A DNA stretch of 63,895 bases, the filler included, from Nitrospirae bacterium CG2_30_53_67 (lineage in GTDB: Bacteria; CG2-30-53-67): the NCBI GenBank assembly GCA_001873285.1. It is 7 parts of 7 records of this genome, joined end to end, with 100 filler letters (N's around TTAATTAATTAA, not from the genome) between each part and the next. Parts side by side here need not be neighbours in the genome. Positions count along the whole stretch, not along the records: positions 7,316 to 14,089 come from MNYV01000043.1; positions 14,190 to 20,816 come from MNYV01000064.1; 5 more parts are not named here. One strand, written 5' to 3'. Under the pieces are notes generated by a model, which was not told where the DNA came from, did no database searches, and saw only the letters and a list, made by a program, of their open reading frames with translations. Positions 9,247 to 20,105 of the stretch are shown here, in pieces (within the stretch, counting starts at the first letter, position 1; every line of letters begins with the position of its first letter). The translations under genes and the position numbers were made by a program.

Positions 9247-9438
9247 GAGACTGTGTCACAATTATGGAGACTCCGTTCCTTTGGGGACAAGGTTTAGGGC
9301 AATCAATAAATTTCCTCTCCCCATGAATGGGGAGAGGGCAAGGGTGAGGGGTTGACCGGAAAGAGCCCCCTCATCCTAACCTTCTCCCCAAAAGGGAGAA
9401 GGAACATAAGGAAGAGATCAAGTTTACGACACAGCCTC
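9247..9438. mobile_element. 192-bp MITE (GAGACTGTGTC ends, CAA duplication) inside an R1 hairpin, carrying an R2 repeat
   Basis: GATCAA|GAGACTGTGTCACAA...TTTACGACACAGCCTC|CAAGCCGGGGAATGAC. Confidence 0.8.
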
Positions 9439-9524
9439 CAAGCCGGGGAATGACATTGTTTGTTATCGGAGGATGACATGATTTGTTACTGGAATCAACC
9501 CATTCAATGACGCAAAGAGACCCT

Positions 9525-10802
9525 ATGAAAACCTTTTGCCGAACGATCTGTTTTATGTTTTTTTGTTTCCTATGCATCTCCTCGGCTGCATCGGCGGCCG
9601 AGGAACTCTTGAATCTTCAGGCCCTGGTCCAGGAGGCGTTGAAGAATAACCCGGAGCTTCGGCTTGCGGAGTCCAGATGGAAGACCTCGACCTTCAGGGT
9701 ACCCCAGTCCAGGAGCCTTCCTGATCCCATGTTTATGCTCGGGTACCAGAATGAGGGGACCCGGAGATACACCTACGGGGAGATGGCGGATTCTGAATGG
9801 ATGTTCGCCGCATCACAGATGTTTCCTTTTCCGGGGAAACTTTCCATCAAGGAGGAGATGGCCGCAAAAGACGCACAAAGCCTCGAAGCCGACTATCAGG
9901 CTGTACGGCTGAAGACCATCGCCAGGGTCAAAGAGCTCTACTTTGATCTCTTCCTCGCATACCGGAATATCGACATCATCCGGGATAAGACCGCCCTTTT
10001 CTCGAGGGTGGAGGATGCGGCCGCGGCACGGTACGGATCGGGCATGGCGCCGCAGCAGGAGCTCCTCATGGCCCAGACGGAAAAGTATATGCTCCTCGAA
10101 AAGGAAGAGATGCTGAAGCAGAAAGTGGAATCCATGGAGGCCATGCTCAACAGCGCCACAGGAAGGGAAGCAACTTCGCCTCTGGGGAAGCCCCCGGAAC
10201 CCGATGAAACCATGTATCCCTACAGCATGGATGAACTGATCCAGACAGCGTATGAACATGCTCCGGAGATTAAATCCAGGGAGCTGATGATCGGCTCGGC
10301 CGAGGCCGGGATCCATTTGGCCGAAAAGGAATACTATCCTGACTTCACCCTCAGTGCAAACCTGTCCAAAAAGGGCGGGGATTTTGAGAACATGGTGGGA
10401 TTCACCACGACCATCAACCTTCCTCTCTATTACAAGTCCAAGCAAAGACAGGGTGTCTATGAGGCGAAATCGATCCTGTCCGAGGGAGAGCATGAACTCA
10501 AAGACATAAAGCTGATGGTCTCGTCCTCGATCCGGGATAACTATTCCATGCTTCAAACAGCGGGCAAACTCATGGAACTCTACAGGAAGGGTCTTATCCC
10601 CAAGACCTACCAGGATTTCGATGCCGCACTCGCCGGCTACGTAACCGGGAAGGTCGAGGCGATCACGGTGATCAGCCGCCTGAAATCCCTGCTCGACTAT
10701 GAGCTTTTATACTGGGAGCAGTTCGTGACCAGGGAAAAGGCCATTGCGAGACTGGAATCACTCACCGGGAGTCCCGGTGATTTCGCATCCACACCCCGAT
10801 GA
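9525..10802 (+). CDS. TolC-family outer-membrane efflux protein (CusC-like)
   Basis: ALKNNPEL, SQMFPFPGKL, YYPDF motifs; upstream of MFP and RND genes. Confidence 0.88.
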   Translation: MKTFCRTICFMFFCFLCISSAASAAEELLNLQALVQEALKNNPELRLAESRWKTSTFRVPQSRSLPDPMFMLGYQNEGTRRYTYGEMADSEWMFAASQMFPFPGKLSIKEEMAAKDAQSLEADYQAVRLKTIARVKELYFDLFLAYRNIDIIRDKTALFSRVEDAAAARYGSGMAPQQELLMAQTEKYMLLEKEEMLKQKVESMEAMLNSATGREATSPLGKPPEPDETMYPYSMDELIQTAYEHAPEIKSRELMIGSAEAGIHLAEKEYYPDFTLSANLSKKGGDFENMVGFTTTINLPLYYKSKQRQGVYEAKSILSEGEHELKDIKLMVSSSIRDNYSMLQTAGKLMELYRKGLIPKTYQDFDAALAGYVTGKVEAITVISRLKSLLDYELLYWEQFVTREKAIARLESLTGSPGDFASTPR

Positions 10803-10869
10803 TCATGGGGAATTTAGAAGATTTCGTTCCCCTTCCTGAAAAGAGGCAGGGGATGGAAAGGGCCATCCG

Positions 10870-12069
10870 ATGAAGACAAGAAGATTCAAGATCATGGTCA
10901 TGGCCGCACTGGCCTTTATGCTGTTATCCCTTTCGGGATGGACCTCCGCTCCAAACCAGGCCTCGGCCGGGGAGCCTGCAACCGGTCACGTCGGGCATGG
11001 TGGAGCGTTGCCGCCCGCCCAGACCAAGCCGGCGCCTGATCAGAAGGCTTCGAGACAAGAAGCTCCCGCCGTCGAGATCCCCGCGGACAAGCAGGAGCTC
11101 ATCGGGTTGAAGACGGTTGCTGTTTCGGTACAGTCTCTGCAGAAGGTCGTCCGGACGGTCGGGCGCATTGAATACGATGAGAGACGGCTGGCCACGGTCA
11201 ACACAAAATTTGAAGGGTGGATCGAAAAACTCTACGTGGACTATACCGGAAGATATGTAAAAAAGGGAGAGCCCATCGCGGAGCTCTACAGCCCCGAGCT
11301 TTTCGCCACGGAACAGGAATTCATCAACCTCCTCAAGTGGTCAAGAGAGGGCAAAGAGACAAGCAGCCCTTTGCTTGCCGGGATGCTCACCGGGGATGCG
11401 GAAACCATCCTTGATGCAGCGAGACAACGGCTCAGGCTCTGGGATATCAGCGATGCGCAGATCAGGAAGATCGAGGAGACCGGCAAGCCCATGCGTACGC
11501 TCACCCTCTACAGCCCGGTGAACGGCTACGTGGTGCAGAAACCGGCCCTTCAGGGGATGCGGGTCATGCCCGGGGACAAACTCGTGGACATCGCCGACCT
11601 GTCCACCCTCTGGGTCCTTGCGGACATCTATGAGTATGAATTGCCCCTGATCCGGATCGGGGACGCGGCAGCCATCCGTTTGAGTTCTCTACCGGACAAG
11701 GTCATCTCCTCAAAGATCGATTATATCTATCCTTCGATCTCAGGGGATACAAGAACGGTCAAGGTGAGGTTTGTGATTGACAATCTGGAAGGACGGCTCA
11801 AACCGCAGATGTTCACGGACGTGGAGATCCATATCGACCTGGGGAAAAGACTCGCCATCCCCGAAGACGCGGTCATCGATACCGGGGCAAGACAGATCGT
11901 CTACGTGGATAAAGGGAATGGCCTCTTTGAACCCCGGGAGGTGACCCTGGGCATCCGGGCCCAAGGCATGGTGGAAGTTTTGAAGGGCCTCACCGCTGGA
12001 GAAAAGGTTGCCTCCTCGGCCAATTTCCTCATCGATTCCGAGGCCAAACTGAAAGGGGTCGTTCAGTAA
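10870..12069 (+). CDS. cusB: CusB-family efflux RND periplasmic adaptor
   Basis: GWIEKL, YSPEL, ADLSTLWV, LKPQMF, NFLIDSE. Confidence 0.85.
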   Translation: MKTRRFKIMVMAALAFMLLSLSGWTSAPNQASAGEPATGHVGHGGALPPAQTKPAPDQKASRQEAPAVEIPADKQELIGLKTVAVSVQSLQKVVRTVGRIEYDERRLATVNTKFEGWIEKLYVDYTGRYVKKGEPIAELYSPELFATEQEFINLLKWSREGKETSSPLLAGMLTGDAETILDAARQRLRLWDISDAQIRKIEETGKPMRTLTLYSPVNGYVVQKPALQGMRVMPGDKLVDIADLSTLWVLADIYEYELPLIRIGDAAAIRLSSLPDKVISSKIDYIYPSISGDTRTVKVRFVIDNLEGRLKPQMFTDVEIHIDLGKRLAIPEDAVIDTGARQIVYVDKGNGLFEPREVTLGIRAQGMVEVLKGLTAGEKVASSANFLIDSEAKLKGVVQ

Positions 12070-14089
12070 TGATCTCCAAAATCATTGGATTCAGCGCGCA
12101 GAACAGGTTTGTTGTCTTCCTGATGGTCCTGTTTCTGGGCATATGGGGTTACTGGGCATTAAAAAACACCCCGCTCGATGCCATCCCGGATCTCAGCGAC
12201 ACCCAGGTCATCATCTACACGGAATGGCCGGGAAGAAGCCCGGACCTGGTGGAAGACCAGATCACCTACCCCATCACGTCCACACTGCTCGCTGCCCCCA
12301 AGGTGCAGGTCGTTCGAGGCTTCTCCTATCTCGGGAGTTCTTTCATCTACGTGATCTTCGAGGAGGGGACCGACATCTACTGGGCCAGAAGCAGGATCCT
12401 TGAATACCTGCAGGCCGTAAAAGGCAAGATCCCTGCCGATGTCAACCCCGTGCTCGGCCCGGATGCAACCAGTGTGGGATGGGGCTTCTCCTATGCCCTC
12501 GTGGATGAGGCCGGCCGGCACAACCTTGCGGAGCTGCGCTCGATCCAGGACTACAACGTCAAGCTTGCGCTGGAAAGTGTACCCGGCGTCTCCCAGGTCG
12601 CGAGCATCGGCGGATTTGTGAAACAGTATCAGGTCACCATAGACCCGAACAGGCTCTCGGCATACGGGATTTCCATCATGAAAGTGATGGAGGCCGTCCG
12701 CAAAAGCAATAACGACGTGGAAGGAAGGGTCCTGGAGTTTTCCGGGATCGAATATATGCTGAGGGGACGGGGGTACATCAAGACTGTTCAGGACCTGAAG
12801 GATATCCCTGTCGCGACCGACGGCGCGGGCACGCCGGTCTTCCTCAGAGATGTGGCCACGGTACAGCTCGGCCCCGAGATCCGAAGAGGGGTCGCTGACC
12901 TGGACGGCAAAGGAGAAGTAGCCGGAGGGATCGTGGTTGTCCGGTTCGGTGAGAACGTCCTCAGCGTGATCGAGCGGGTCAAGGAGAAGTTCAAAACAGA
13001 GATCGCTCCAAGCCTTCCGGAAGGCGTGCACATGGTGACGACCTATGACCGCTCCGACCTGATCCTCCGGTCCATTGATACACTCAAGGAAGAGATCATC
13101 AAGCTCTCCATTGCCGTGAGCGTGGTCTGCATCATCTTTTTGTTTCACCTCCCGAGCGCCCTGGTCGTGATCCTGACGCTCCCCATCGCCATCCTTATTT
13201 CCTTCATCTGCATGCACTATCTCGGTGTAACCTCGAACATCATGAGCCTGAGCGGCATCGCCATTGCCGTCGGCGCCATGGTGGACGCCTCAATCATCAT
13301 GGTGGAGAACGCCCACAAAAAGCTGGAGGAGTGGGAGGCTCACGGCGGAGAGGGGAGCAAAGCCGATGTCATCATTGAGGCCGCCAAAGAGGTGGGGCCA
13401 TCTCTCTTCTTCTCGCTCCTCGTCATCACGGTCGGTTTTCTCCCGGTGTTCACGCTGCAGGCCCAGGCCGGAAGGCTCTTCAAACCCCTGGCCTACACCA
13501 AGACCTTTGCCATGCTCTTCTCCTCTTTCCTGGCCGTGACCCTGACGCCGGTATTGATGACCCTCTTTATCCGGGGCAAGATCAGACCGGAAGATAAGAA
13601 TCCTATTATTGTGGTGCTGGGCAAGATCTATGAGCCGAGGGTCGGATTTTCTCTCAAGTACCCGAAGATAATCATTGTCTTCGCCGTCATCATCATGGCC
13701 CTGACCCTCTATCCGATCCTCAAGCTCGGGTCCGAATTCATGCCGCCCCTCTATGAAGGGACCCTCTTCTACATGCCGGTGACCGTGCCGGCGGCATCCA
13801 TCTCCGAGGTCACCAAGCTCCTTCAAATGCAGGACAGTCTCCTGAAGAAGATTCCGGAAGTAGCGCAGGTCTTCGGCAAGGCAGGACGGGCCGAGACGGC
13901 CACGGACCCGGCGCCGCTGGAGATGTTTGAAACCGTGATCAACCTCAAACCCGAATCCGAATGGAGGCCGGGGATGACGGTCGAGAAACTCAAAGACGAG
14001 ATGAACGATGTCCTGACCATTCCCGGCGTGTCCAATTCCTTCACCATGCCGATCAAGGCGAGAATCGACATGCTTGCGACAGGCATCCG
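12069..14089 (+). CDS. cusA: CusA/CzcA heavy-metal RND transporter (3' truncated by gap)
   Basis: LDAIPDLSDTQVI, VEDQITYP, GSEFMPPL.EG, GRAETATDPAPLEM, MPIKARIDML. Confidence 0.93.
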
Positions 14090-14189
14090 NNNNNNNNNNN
14101 NNNNNNNNNNNNNNNNNNNNNNNNNNNNNNNNNTTAATTAATTAANNNNNNNNNNNNNNNNNNNNNNNNNNNNNNNNNNNNNNNNNNNN
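14090..14189. other. Artificial contig linker
   Basis: N-run with TTAATTAATTAA. Confidence 0.98.
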
Positions 14190-14503
14190 AGGGTTCGAGG
14201 ATTCCAGGGTTACGCTTCGCGTGCCCCGCTTTTCTCTATCTTTGCCGTCTGCGACGGCTACTACACTGAGGTATCTTGGGGTCAAGGGGTCAAGTGTTTG
14301 TTTTCCAGTGATTTCATCAGATCCTTGAGCATCCGCTCAACCTCTTCAGAAAATCTTTTTGCTGTTTTTTAAATCTCCAAGCATCATTGATAAGACTGGG
14401 GCCCTTCCTTTAACTCCTTGTAGTTTTTGAGCACTTCACTTGACCCCTGGAATCCTTGATCCCTTGACCCCTGATGTTTTCACCCACTTTTTAAAGATGA
14501 TCC
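14190..14503. repeat. Octamer-repeat element copy A (contains four-helix-bundle relic)
   Basis: GGGTTCGA/GGATTCCA/GGGGTCAA arrays and TGTTTTCACCCAC...GATGATCC end shared with the other copies. Confidence 0.8.
14282..14434 (-). pseudogene. Internally deleted four-helix-bundle protein (23S rRNA IVP / TIGR02436-like) relic
   Basis: Manual translation (M)LKNYKELKEGPQSYQ*CLEI*KTAKRFSE-EVERMLKDLMKSLENKHLTP*: family N- and C-termini joined in frame, two internal stops. Confidence 0.75.
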
Positions 14504-14531
14504 AAACGATTCGAACGGCTTGAACCATTCC

Positions 14532-15524
14532 TTAATGACCCGCCCCGCCGTACAAGAAACATCGGACCCACCGGTTGTTTTCCCTGGGGATCAACGGAGG
14601 CGGAAGATGATCGCACGGTTTAAATCTTTCCGGACATCTTGTATGGAACAAACATCCCGGAGGAGGGTTGGAGGCGCTCGGGATCTCTCCCATCAGAGGG
14701 ACCTTTTTACGCCGGAGAGTCGGATCCGGCACCGGAATCGCTGAAAAGAGCGCCTTGGTATAGGGATGAAGGGGGGATTCATAGAGATCGTTCCGGCCGG
14801 CGACCTCCATAATCTTTCCCAAATACATCACGGCCACCCTGTCGCACAGATACTCCACCACACTCAGATCGTGAGAAATAAAAACATAAGTTAGACCGTA
14901 TCTCTCCTTAAGATCCCCGAGCAAATTCAGGACCTGCGCCCGAATCGATACATCCAGCGCCGATACCGGCTCATCGGCAATGATGATCCGGGGATGAACG
15001 GCCAGCGCACGGGCAATCCCCACGCGCTGCCTCTGCCCGCCGCTGAATTCATGGGGGTATTTGCCGTAGTCATCTTCTGAAAGGCCGACGTCCCGGAGCA
15101 AGGAGAGGACCTTCTCTGTTCTCTTGTTTTTTGAGAGTTGTCTTAGGTTGATCCTGATGGACTCCTCAATAGCCTCCCCGGCGGTCATGCGGGGATTCAG
15201 GGATGCAAAAGGATCCTGGAAGATGATCTGCATCTCGGACCGGATCTTGCGCATATCCGAACGGCTCTTTTTAAGGATATCCTCCTGGTGAAGGAGGATC
15301 TCGCCCTCGGTCGGTTCAACAAGGCGGAGGATGCACTTCCCGACCGTGGACTTCCCGCAGCCGGATTCTCCAACCAGTCCCAGGGTCTCGCCTTCATGAA
15401 GGGTCAGGTCCACGCCGTCCACGGCACGAACCATCTGCCGCCCCAGTTTCATGAAGCCTCTTTGAATAGGGAAATATTTCTTCAGTCCTTTGACTTCAAG
15501 AATGGCCGACAAGATGAACTCCAA
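14532..15524 (-). CDS. Oligo/dipeptide ABC transporter ATP-binding protein (OppF/DppF-like)
   Basis: [28 protein letters not shown]-terminal GC.FHTRC. Confidence 0.93.
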   Translation of the reverse strand: MEFILSAILEVKGLKKYFPIQRGFMKLGRQMVRAVDGVDLTLHEGETLGLVGESGCGKSTVGKCILRLVEPTEGEILLHQEDILKKSRSDMRKIRSEMQIIFQDPFASLNPRMTAGEAIEESIRINLRQLSKNKRTEKVLSLLRDVGLSEDDYGKYPHEFSGGQRQRVGIARALAVHPRIIIADEPVSALDVSIRAQVLNLLGDLKERYGLTYVFISHDLSVVEYLCDRVAVMYLGKIMEVAGRNDLYESPLHPYTKALFSAIPVPDPTLRRKKVPLMGEIPSASNPPPGCLFHTRCPERFKPCDHLPPPLIPRENNRWVRCFLYGGAGH

Positions 15525-15530
15525 ATAGAG

Positions 15531-15750
15531 ATCCAGGGTTCAAGGGTTCCAGGGTTCAAGGATTCAAGTGAAATACTTAAAGGCAAGCACAATCTCCAGA
15601 GAAAAACACTATAACACCTGAACCCTCGGCCCCTTATGTTTTGAGCACTTCACTCGACCCCTTGAACCCTTGACCCCTCGGACCCTCAGGTTCTTGAAAA
15701 GCACTTCACTCGACCCCTGGAATCCTTGACCGCTTGACCCCTGATATTTT
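15531..15750. repeat. Octamer-repeat element copy B, between the two ABC ATPase genes
   Basis: Same core GTGAAATACT..AATCTCCAGAGAAAAACACT with inverted octamer arrays. Confidence 0.8.
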
Positions 15751-16733
15751 CATGACGTGACCACCCCGACATGCTTGAAACACCGGACAAAATGTCCGGA
15801 TTCCATCTCCACCAGATCAGGGTTCCGCTGCCGGCATTCTCCGGTGACATGGACGCAGCGATCCGAAAACTTGCACCATGGGGCGACATCAATCAGATCC
15901 GATACCGTGCCGGGAATGGCCTTGAGACGATCCCTCGCTCCGTGGCTGCCGATGCGGGGAATGGATTGCATCAGCCCGATGGTATAGGGATGACAGGGCC
16001 GTTGGAAAAGGTCCACGGTCCGGGCATGCTCCACAACCTCTCCGGCATACATGACCACGGTCCGATCCGCCATTTCCGCAATGACGCCGAGATCGTGTGT
16101 GATCATGAGGATGGACATGTCGGATTCCTCACGGATATTGCTCATGAGATCGAGGATCTGGGCCTGTATGGTCACATCCAGTGCGGTCGTGGGCTCGTCT
16201 GCAATCAGGATGGAAGGGCTCCCGGATAGGGCCATGGCGATCATCACGCGCTGCCGCATCCCTCCGGAAAGCTGGTGAGGATATTCAGAGATCCGCTGCT
16301 CCGGGGAAGGGATCTGCACCGATTTCAGAAGCTGCACGGTTTTATCCATGGCCTCCTTCTTCATGAGGTTCTGATGCGCCATGACGGCCTCTGCAATCTG
16401 GTCCCCGACTGTAAAGACCGGGTTCAGGGAGGTCATGGGCTCCTGAAAGATCATGGAGATCCTGTTCCCCCGAATTTTCCGCATCTCCTCGGAATCGAGT
16501 GCAAGGAGATTGCGGCCTTCAAACAAAATCTCCCCTGTGACCACCCTTGCCGGAGGCATGAGAAGAAGTCTCATGATGGAAAGGGCCGTTACGCTCTTGC
16601 CGCACCCGGACTCCCCCACCATACCGAGAACCTCTCCTTTTTCCAAGGTCAAAGAGAGATGATTCACGGCCTGCACCACACCGGCATCGGTATGAAAATG
16701 GATGGTCAGATTTTTGATTTCAAGGATGGGCAT
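15750..16733 (-). CDS. Oligo/dipeptide ABC transporter ATP-binding protein (OppD/DppD-like)
   Basis: Start [46 protein letters not shown]. Confidence 0.93.
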   Translation of the reverse strand: MPILEIKNLTIHFHTDAGVVQAVNHLSLTLEKGEVLGMVGESGCGKSVTALSIMRLLLMPPARVVTGEILFEGRNLLALDSEEMRKIRGNRISMIFQEPMTSLNPVFTVGDQIAEAVMAHQNLMKKEAMDKTVQLLKSVQIPSPEQRISEYPHQLSGGMRQRVMIAMALSGSPSILIADEPTTALDVTIQAQILDLMSNIREESDMSILMITHDLGVIAEMADRTVVMYAGEVVEHARTVDLFQRPCHPYTIGLMQSIPRIGSHGARDRLKAIPGTVSDLIDVAPWCKFSDRCVHVTGECRQRNPDLVEMESGHFVRCFKHVGVVTS

Positions 16734-16795
16734 GGGATGATGGATTCCATAGGGACGACCCGGGATCGGGTATAACGAAAACAAGAGCCGATGGT

Positions 16796-17512
16796 TCAGC
16801 CGGCTTTTTTGCCTCCGCTCTCGACCAGTCGGAGAAAGGTTGAGGCCTCTCTGTTTTGCGGGTCGATCTGCTGCGCCGTATGCCACTCCTCTACAGCCAG
16901 GTCTTTTTTGCCTTGCTTGTAATAGGTCAGGCCGAGATGAAGAAAGACCGGCACATAGGCCGGATTGACGGTTTTTGCCTGCTGCAAATATTTGACCGCG
17001 TTGTTCAGATCCCCTTTCTCACGGTGAGCCAGTCCGATTTTGATGAGGATCTCCATAGAATTAGGCCGCATCTTCAATGCCATGAGGTATTCATGGATCG
17101 CTTCGTTGAACCAGCCGATCTCATGGTAGGCATCACCGGTTTCCACATGCATCCCCGCCAATTTCCCCTGCACAAATGGATCAATGAAATAAGGGGCGGA
17201 CTGGACGATATCGGCCGCGTTTTTAAACACGGCTTCGGCTTCTTCAAACTTTCCACTTTCATTGAGGCAGATCACCAGATTCAACGCGGCTTCTGTATAA
17301 TTCGGGTTGATTTCAAGGGCCTTGCGGAAGGATCGGGAGGCCTTGTTAAACTTGCCGTCCGCATGGTAGATCATCCCGAGTTTACTGTGGACCTCGGCAA
17401 GCTTCTCTTCTTGTTCAAGGACCATCTCAAAACACTTTCTGGCCTCTTCGAACTCCCCATGTGAAAAGTGCGTTTTCCCCCGGATGTACATCTCCTGAAC
17501 GGCTTCTTTCAT
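16796..17512 (-). CDS. Tetratricopeptide repeat protein
   Basis: Multiple TPR units (LG..Y..., AL.INPNY). Confidence 0.85.
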   Translation of the reverse strand: MKEAVQEMYIRGKTHFSHGEFEEARKCFEMVLEQEEKLAEVHSKLGMIYHADGKFNKASRSFRKALEINPNYTEAALNLVICLNESGKFEEAEAVFKNAADIVQSAPYFIDPFVQGKLAGMHVETGDAYHEIGWFNEAIHEYLMALKMRPNSMEILIKIGLAHREKGDLNNAVKYLQQAKTVNPAYVPVFLHLGLTYYKQGKKDLAVEEWHTAQQIDPQNREASTFLRLVESGGKKAG

Positions 17513-17701
17513 AGAAGGCTCCTTCTGATGGGTCGCATATGGTCAAACCCTAACCACCAACCAGTAGAGAACACAGAGTATTTCTCTCAGCACTCTGTGG
17601 TTTCATCTCTTACCCTTTTTGTGAAACTTTGACATGATCATTCTTTCTGGAATTCTAAACAATTCTGCCGGTGAATGCAACTTTTTTCAGGTTTTCAATA
17701 G

Positions 17702-17919
17702 GGTTCTTCTCCCATCCAGTGGGTAAGAAGGGTTCGAGGATTCCAGGGTTCAAGGGGTCAAGTGAAATACTGAAACGCAAGCAAAATCTCCAGAGAAAAA
17801 CACTGGAACCCTTGAACCCTAGGACCCTCGGCCCCTTATGTTTTTAGCGCTTCACTTGACCCCTGGAATCCTTGACCCCTTGACCCCTGATGTTTTCACC
17901 CACTCTTTTGGAGATGACC
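17702..17919. mobile_element. Octamer-repeat element copy C (complete, 218 bp, imperfect TIRs)
   Basis: Left GGTTCTTCTCCCATCCAGTGGGTAA; right TTTTCACCCACTCTTTTGGAGATGACC. Confidence 0.75.
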
Positions 17920-18000
17920 TTTTAATATAAACACCCTCCGTGCAGATTCGGGCGGGCCTCCTCACTCAACGGGAAGGCCATGAGCCTTTACAGGAAACAT

Positions 18001-18858
18001 TCACCGGCTCTTCTTTAAGAACCTGAAAAATTCCGATTCCGGGCCGATAAGCAGAAGGGTCTTGTCCGGCAATGATTTTTTATACGCATCCATAGACCGG
18101 ATGAACTCAAAAAACTCAGGGTCATTCTGAAAGGCCTCCGCATAAATTTTAGTGGCTGAGGCATCCCCTTCGCCTTTGAGCTCCTGGGATTTTCGTTTTG
18201 CCTCGGCCAGGATGATGGTCTTCTCCTTTTCCGCCTCGGCCCGGATCTTCATGGCCGCCTCTTCACCTTCGGAACGGTACCTCTTGGCCTCCTGCTCCCG
18301 CTCCGCCTTCATCCGGTCATAGACATGTTTCTCATTTTCCGGCGGAAGGTCCGCTCTCTTGATCCGGACATCCACCACTTCGATCCCATAAGAGAGGGCC
18401 TTTCGGTTGGTATCCTGTGTCACCGTCTTCATGATCTGGGATCGGTTTTCTGAAACCATCTGGATGAGATCATATTTTCCGAGCTCCGCCCTGAGATTCG
18501 AGTAGATAATGTCGTCCAGGCGGGCCTGCGCCCCGAATTCATTCCGCATGGTCTGATAGAACCTCAGCGGGTCCTTGATTCTCCATTTTGCAAAGTTGTC
18601 CACCACCAGGTTCTTCTTATCCCTGGTAATGATTCCTTTAGCCGCCGCATCATATTCCAGAATCCGATTGTCAAAAAAGATGACCTGCTGGACAAAGGGG
18701 ACCTTGACATGAAGGCCTGGGTCATGGATGGTCCGGACCGGCTTTCCCAATTGCACCAGAAGGGCCGATTCCGTCTGATCCACGGTAAAGAGAACCTGGG
18801 AGAGGGACAACATGGCCAGGATGATCAGGACGCCGGCCACGGCAGAAAGTTTTTTCAT
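18001..18858 (-). CDS. hflC: FtsH protease modulator HflC
   Basis: SPFH domain, DVRIKRADLP, RMKAERE, DPEFFEFIRSM; downstream of hflK. Confidence 0.93.
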   Translation of the reverse strand: MKKLSAVAGVLIILAMLSLSQVLFTVDQTESALLVQLGKPVRTIHDPGLHVKVPFVQQVIFFDNRILEYDAAAKGIITRDKKNLVVDNFAKWRIKDPLRFYQTMRNEFGAQARLDDIIYSNLRAELGKYDLIQMVSENRSQIMKTVTQDTNRKALSYGIEVVDVRIKRADLPPENEKHVYDRMKAEREQEAKRYRSEGEEAAMKIRAEAEKEKTIILAEAKRKSQELKGEGDASATKIYAEAFQNDPEFFEFIRSMDAYKKSLPDKTLLLIGPESEFFRFLKKSR

Positions 18859-18872
18859 CTCTTCCTCCTTGC

Positions 18873-19934
18873 TTATGGTTTGGCCTTTTCCTGCCCGCCT
18901 TTTTCCATCAGCCGTTCGAGCGGGAGGTAGGGCAACACTCTTTCAGATACGTTCTGATCCAGGAGAACCTTTTCCATCCGGGGAAGGATCTCCTCAAGGG
19001 TTTCCAGGTAGATTCTGGTCCTCGTGACATCCTTAGCCTTCTTATACTCGGCAAGGACCTGAAGGAAGCGGCTGGCATCCCCTTTGGCCTCATTGATCTT
19101 GGCCTCACGGTAGGCCTGTGCCTCATTGATGATCTGCTGGGCCATACCCTTGGCCTTGGGGAGGATGTCATTTCGGTAACCCATAGACTGGTTCTCGATC
19201 TTTTCCTTGTCCTCTTTGGCCGAGGCCACATCCTTGAAGGCGGCGATCACCGGCTCGGGAGGGAGGACATCCTGCAGTTGGACCGCGTCCACCATGATTC
19301 CGACCTCGTACCGGTCCAGGATCCCCTGGAGCAGGGTCATGGTATCCTGCTGGATCTGGAACTTTCCCTCGGTCAGAACTTCATCGATCTTATTCTTGCC
19401 GACCACCTCGCGGATGGCTGCCTCTGCCGCATCCTTGATGGTCTTCTCCTGATCACGGATGTTGAAGAGATAAGAGACCGGGTCCTGGATCCGGTACTGC
19501 ACAATAAACTCCAGGGCCACGATATTGGCGTCTCCGGTGAGCATCAGGGCCTCGGCGGGAACCTCCCGATACCGGGCCGGCGAACCGGAGTCGACGGTTC
19601 TAAATCCCACCTCCACCCGGTGAACCTTGGTCACCTTGGGCTTGAGCGCCGATTCCACAGGAAAAGGGATATGCCAGTGCGGGCCAGGCTGCGCAGTTCT
19701 CACCATCTTTCCGAACCGCTTCACCACCCCCATCTCATCCGGGGCCACAATAAAAATCCCGGATAAAACCCACAAGGCCAGAATCACCATCACGATGGCC
19801 CCTGCCCCCGGGATCTTATGCTTCAAAGACTTGAAAGACCGGAACGATTCTTCAAATTTTTTAACCATGTCTTCAATCGGCAGGGGGCCTTCACCCCACG
19901 GCCCGCCTCCCGGACTTCCTGGGTTCCACGGCAT
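18873..19934 (-). CDS. hflK: FtsH protease modulator HflK
   Basis: MPWN.GPW N-terminus, MLTGDANIV, AF.DV..AKED, VTRTRIYLET. Confidence 0.93.
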   Translation of the reverse strand: MPWNPGSPGGGPWGEGPLPIEDMVKKFEESFRSFKSLKHKIPGAGAIVMVILALWVLSGIFIVAPDEMGVVKRFGKMVRTAQPGPHWHIPFPVESALKPKVTKVHRVEVGFRTVDSGSPARYREVPAEALMLTGDANIVALEFIVQYRIQDPVSYLFNIRDQEKTIKDAAEAAIREVVGKNKIDEVLTEGKFQIQQDTMTLLQGILDRYEVGIMVDAVQLQDVLPPEPVIAAFKDVASAKEDKEKIENQSMGYRNDILPKAKGMAQQIINEAQAYREAKINEAKGDASRFLQVLAEYKKAKDVTRTRIYLETLEEILPRMEKVLLDQNVSERVLPYLPLERLMEKGGQEKAKP

Positions 19935-20105
19935 CAGTCCCTCCTTTCTGAAAAGTCCGGCTGCACCCGGATCCGATCACTTTTTTTTAGTCAACTAACG
20001 AAATTGAAATAATTTTTAGATAGTCTAATGGATTGTGAGATAAAGCGCAACAGGTATTGAAGGAATGGGGGTGCGACAAATTTATCAGAAAGCAAAACGG
20101 GATAT

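Noticed and set aside
14282..14434. Diversity-generating retroelement (Avd-like fold) or Sec/recoded stops
   Set aside because: No reverse transcriptase or TR/VR pair is visible; both TGA and TAA stops plus a large deletion indicate decay
17552..17602. ACCAC..AGAGAACACAGAG / CTCTGTGGTT short repeat relic
   Set aside because: Single, very degenerate instance; too weak to call
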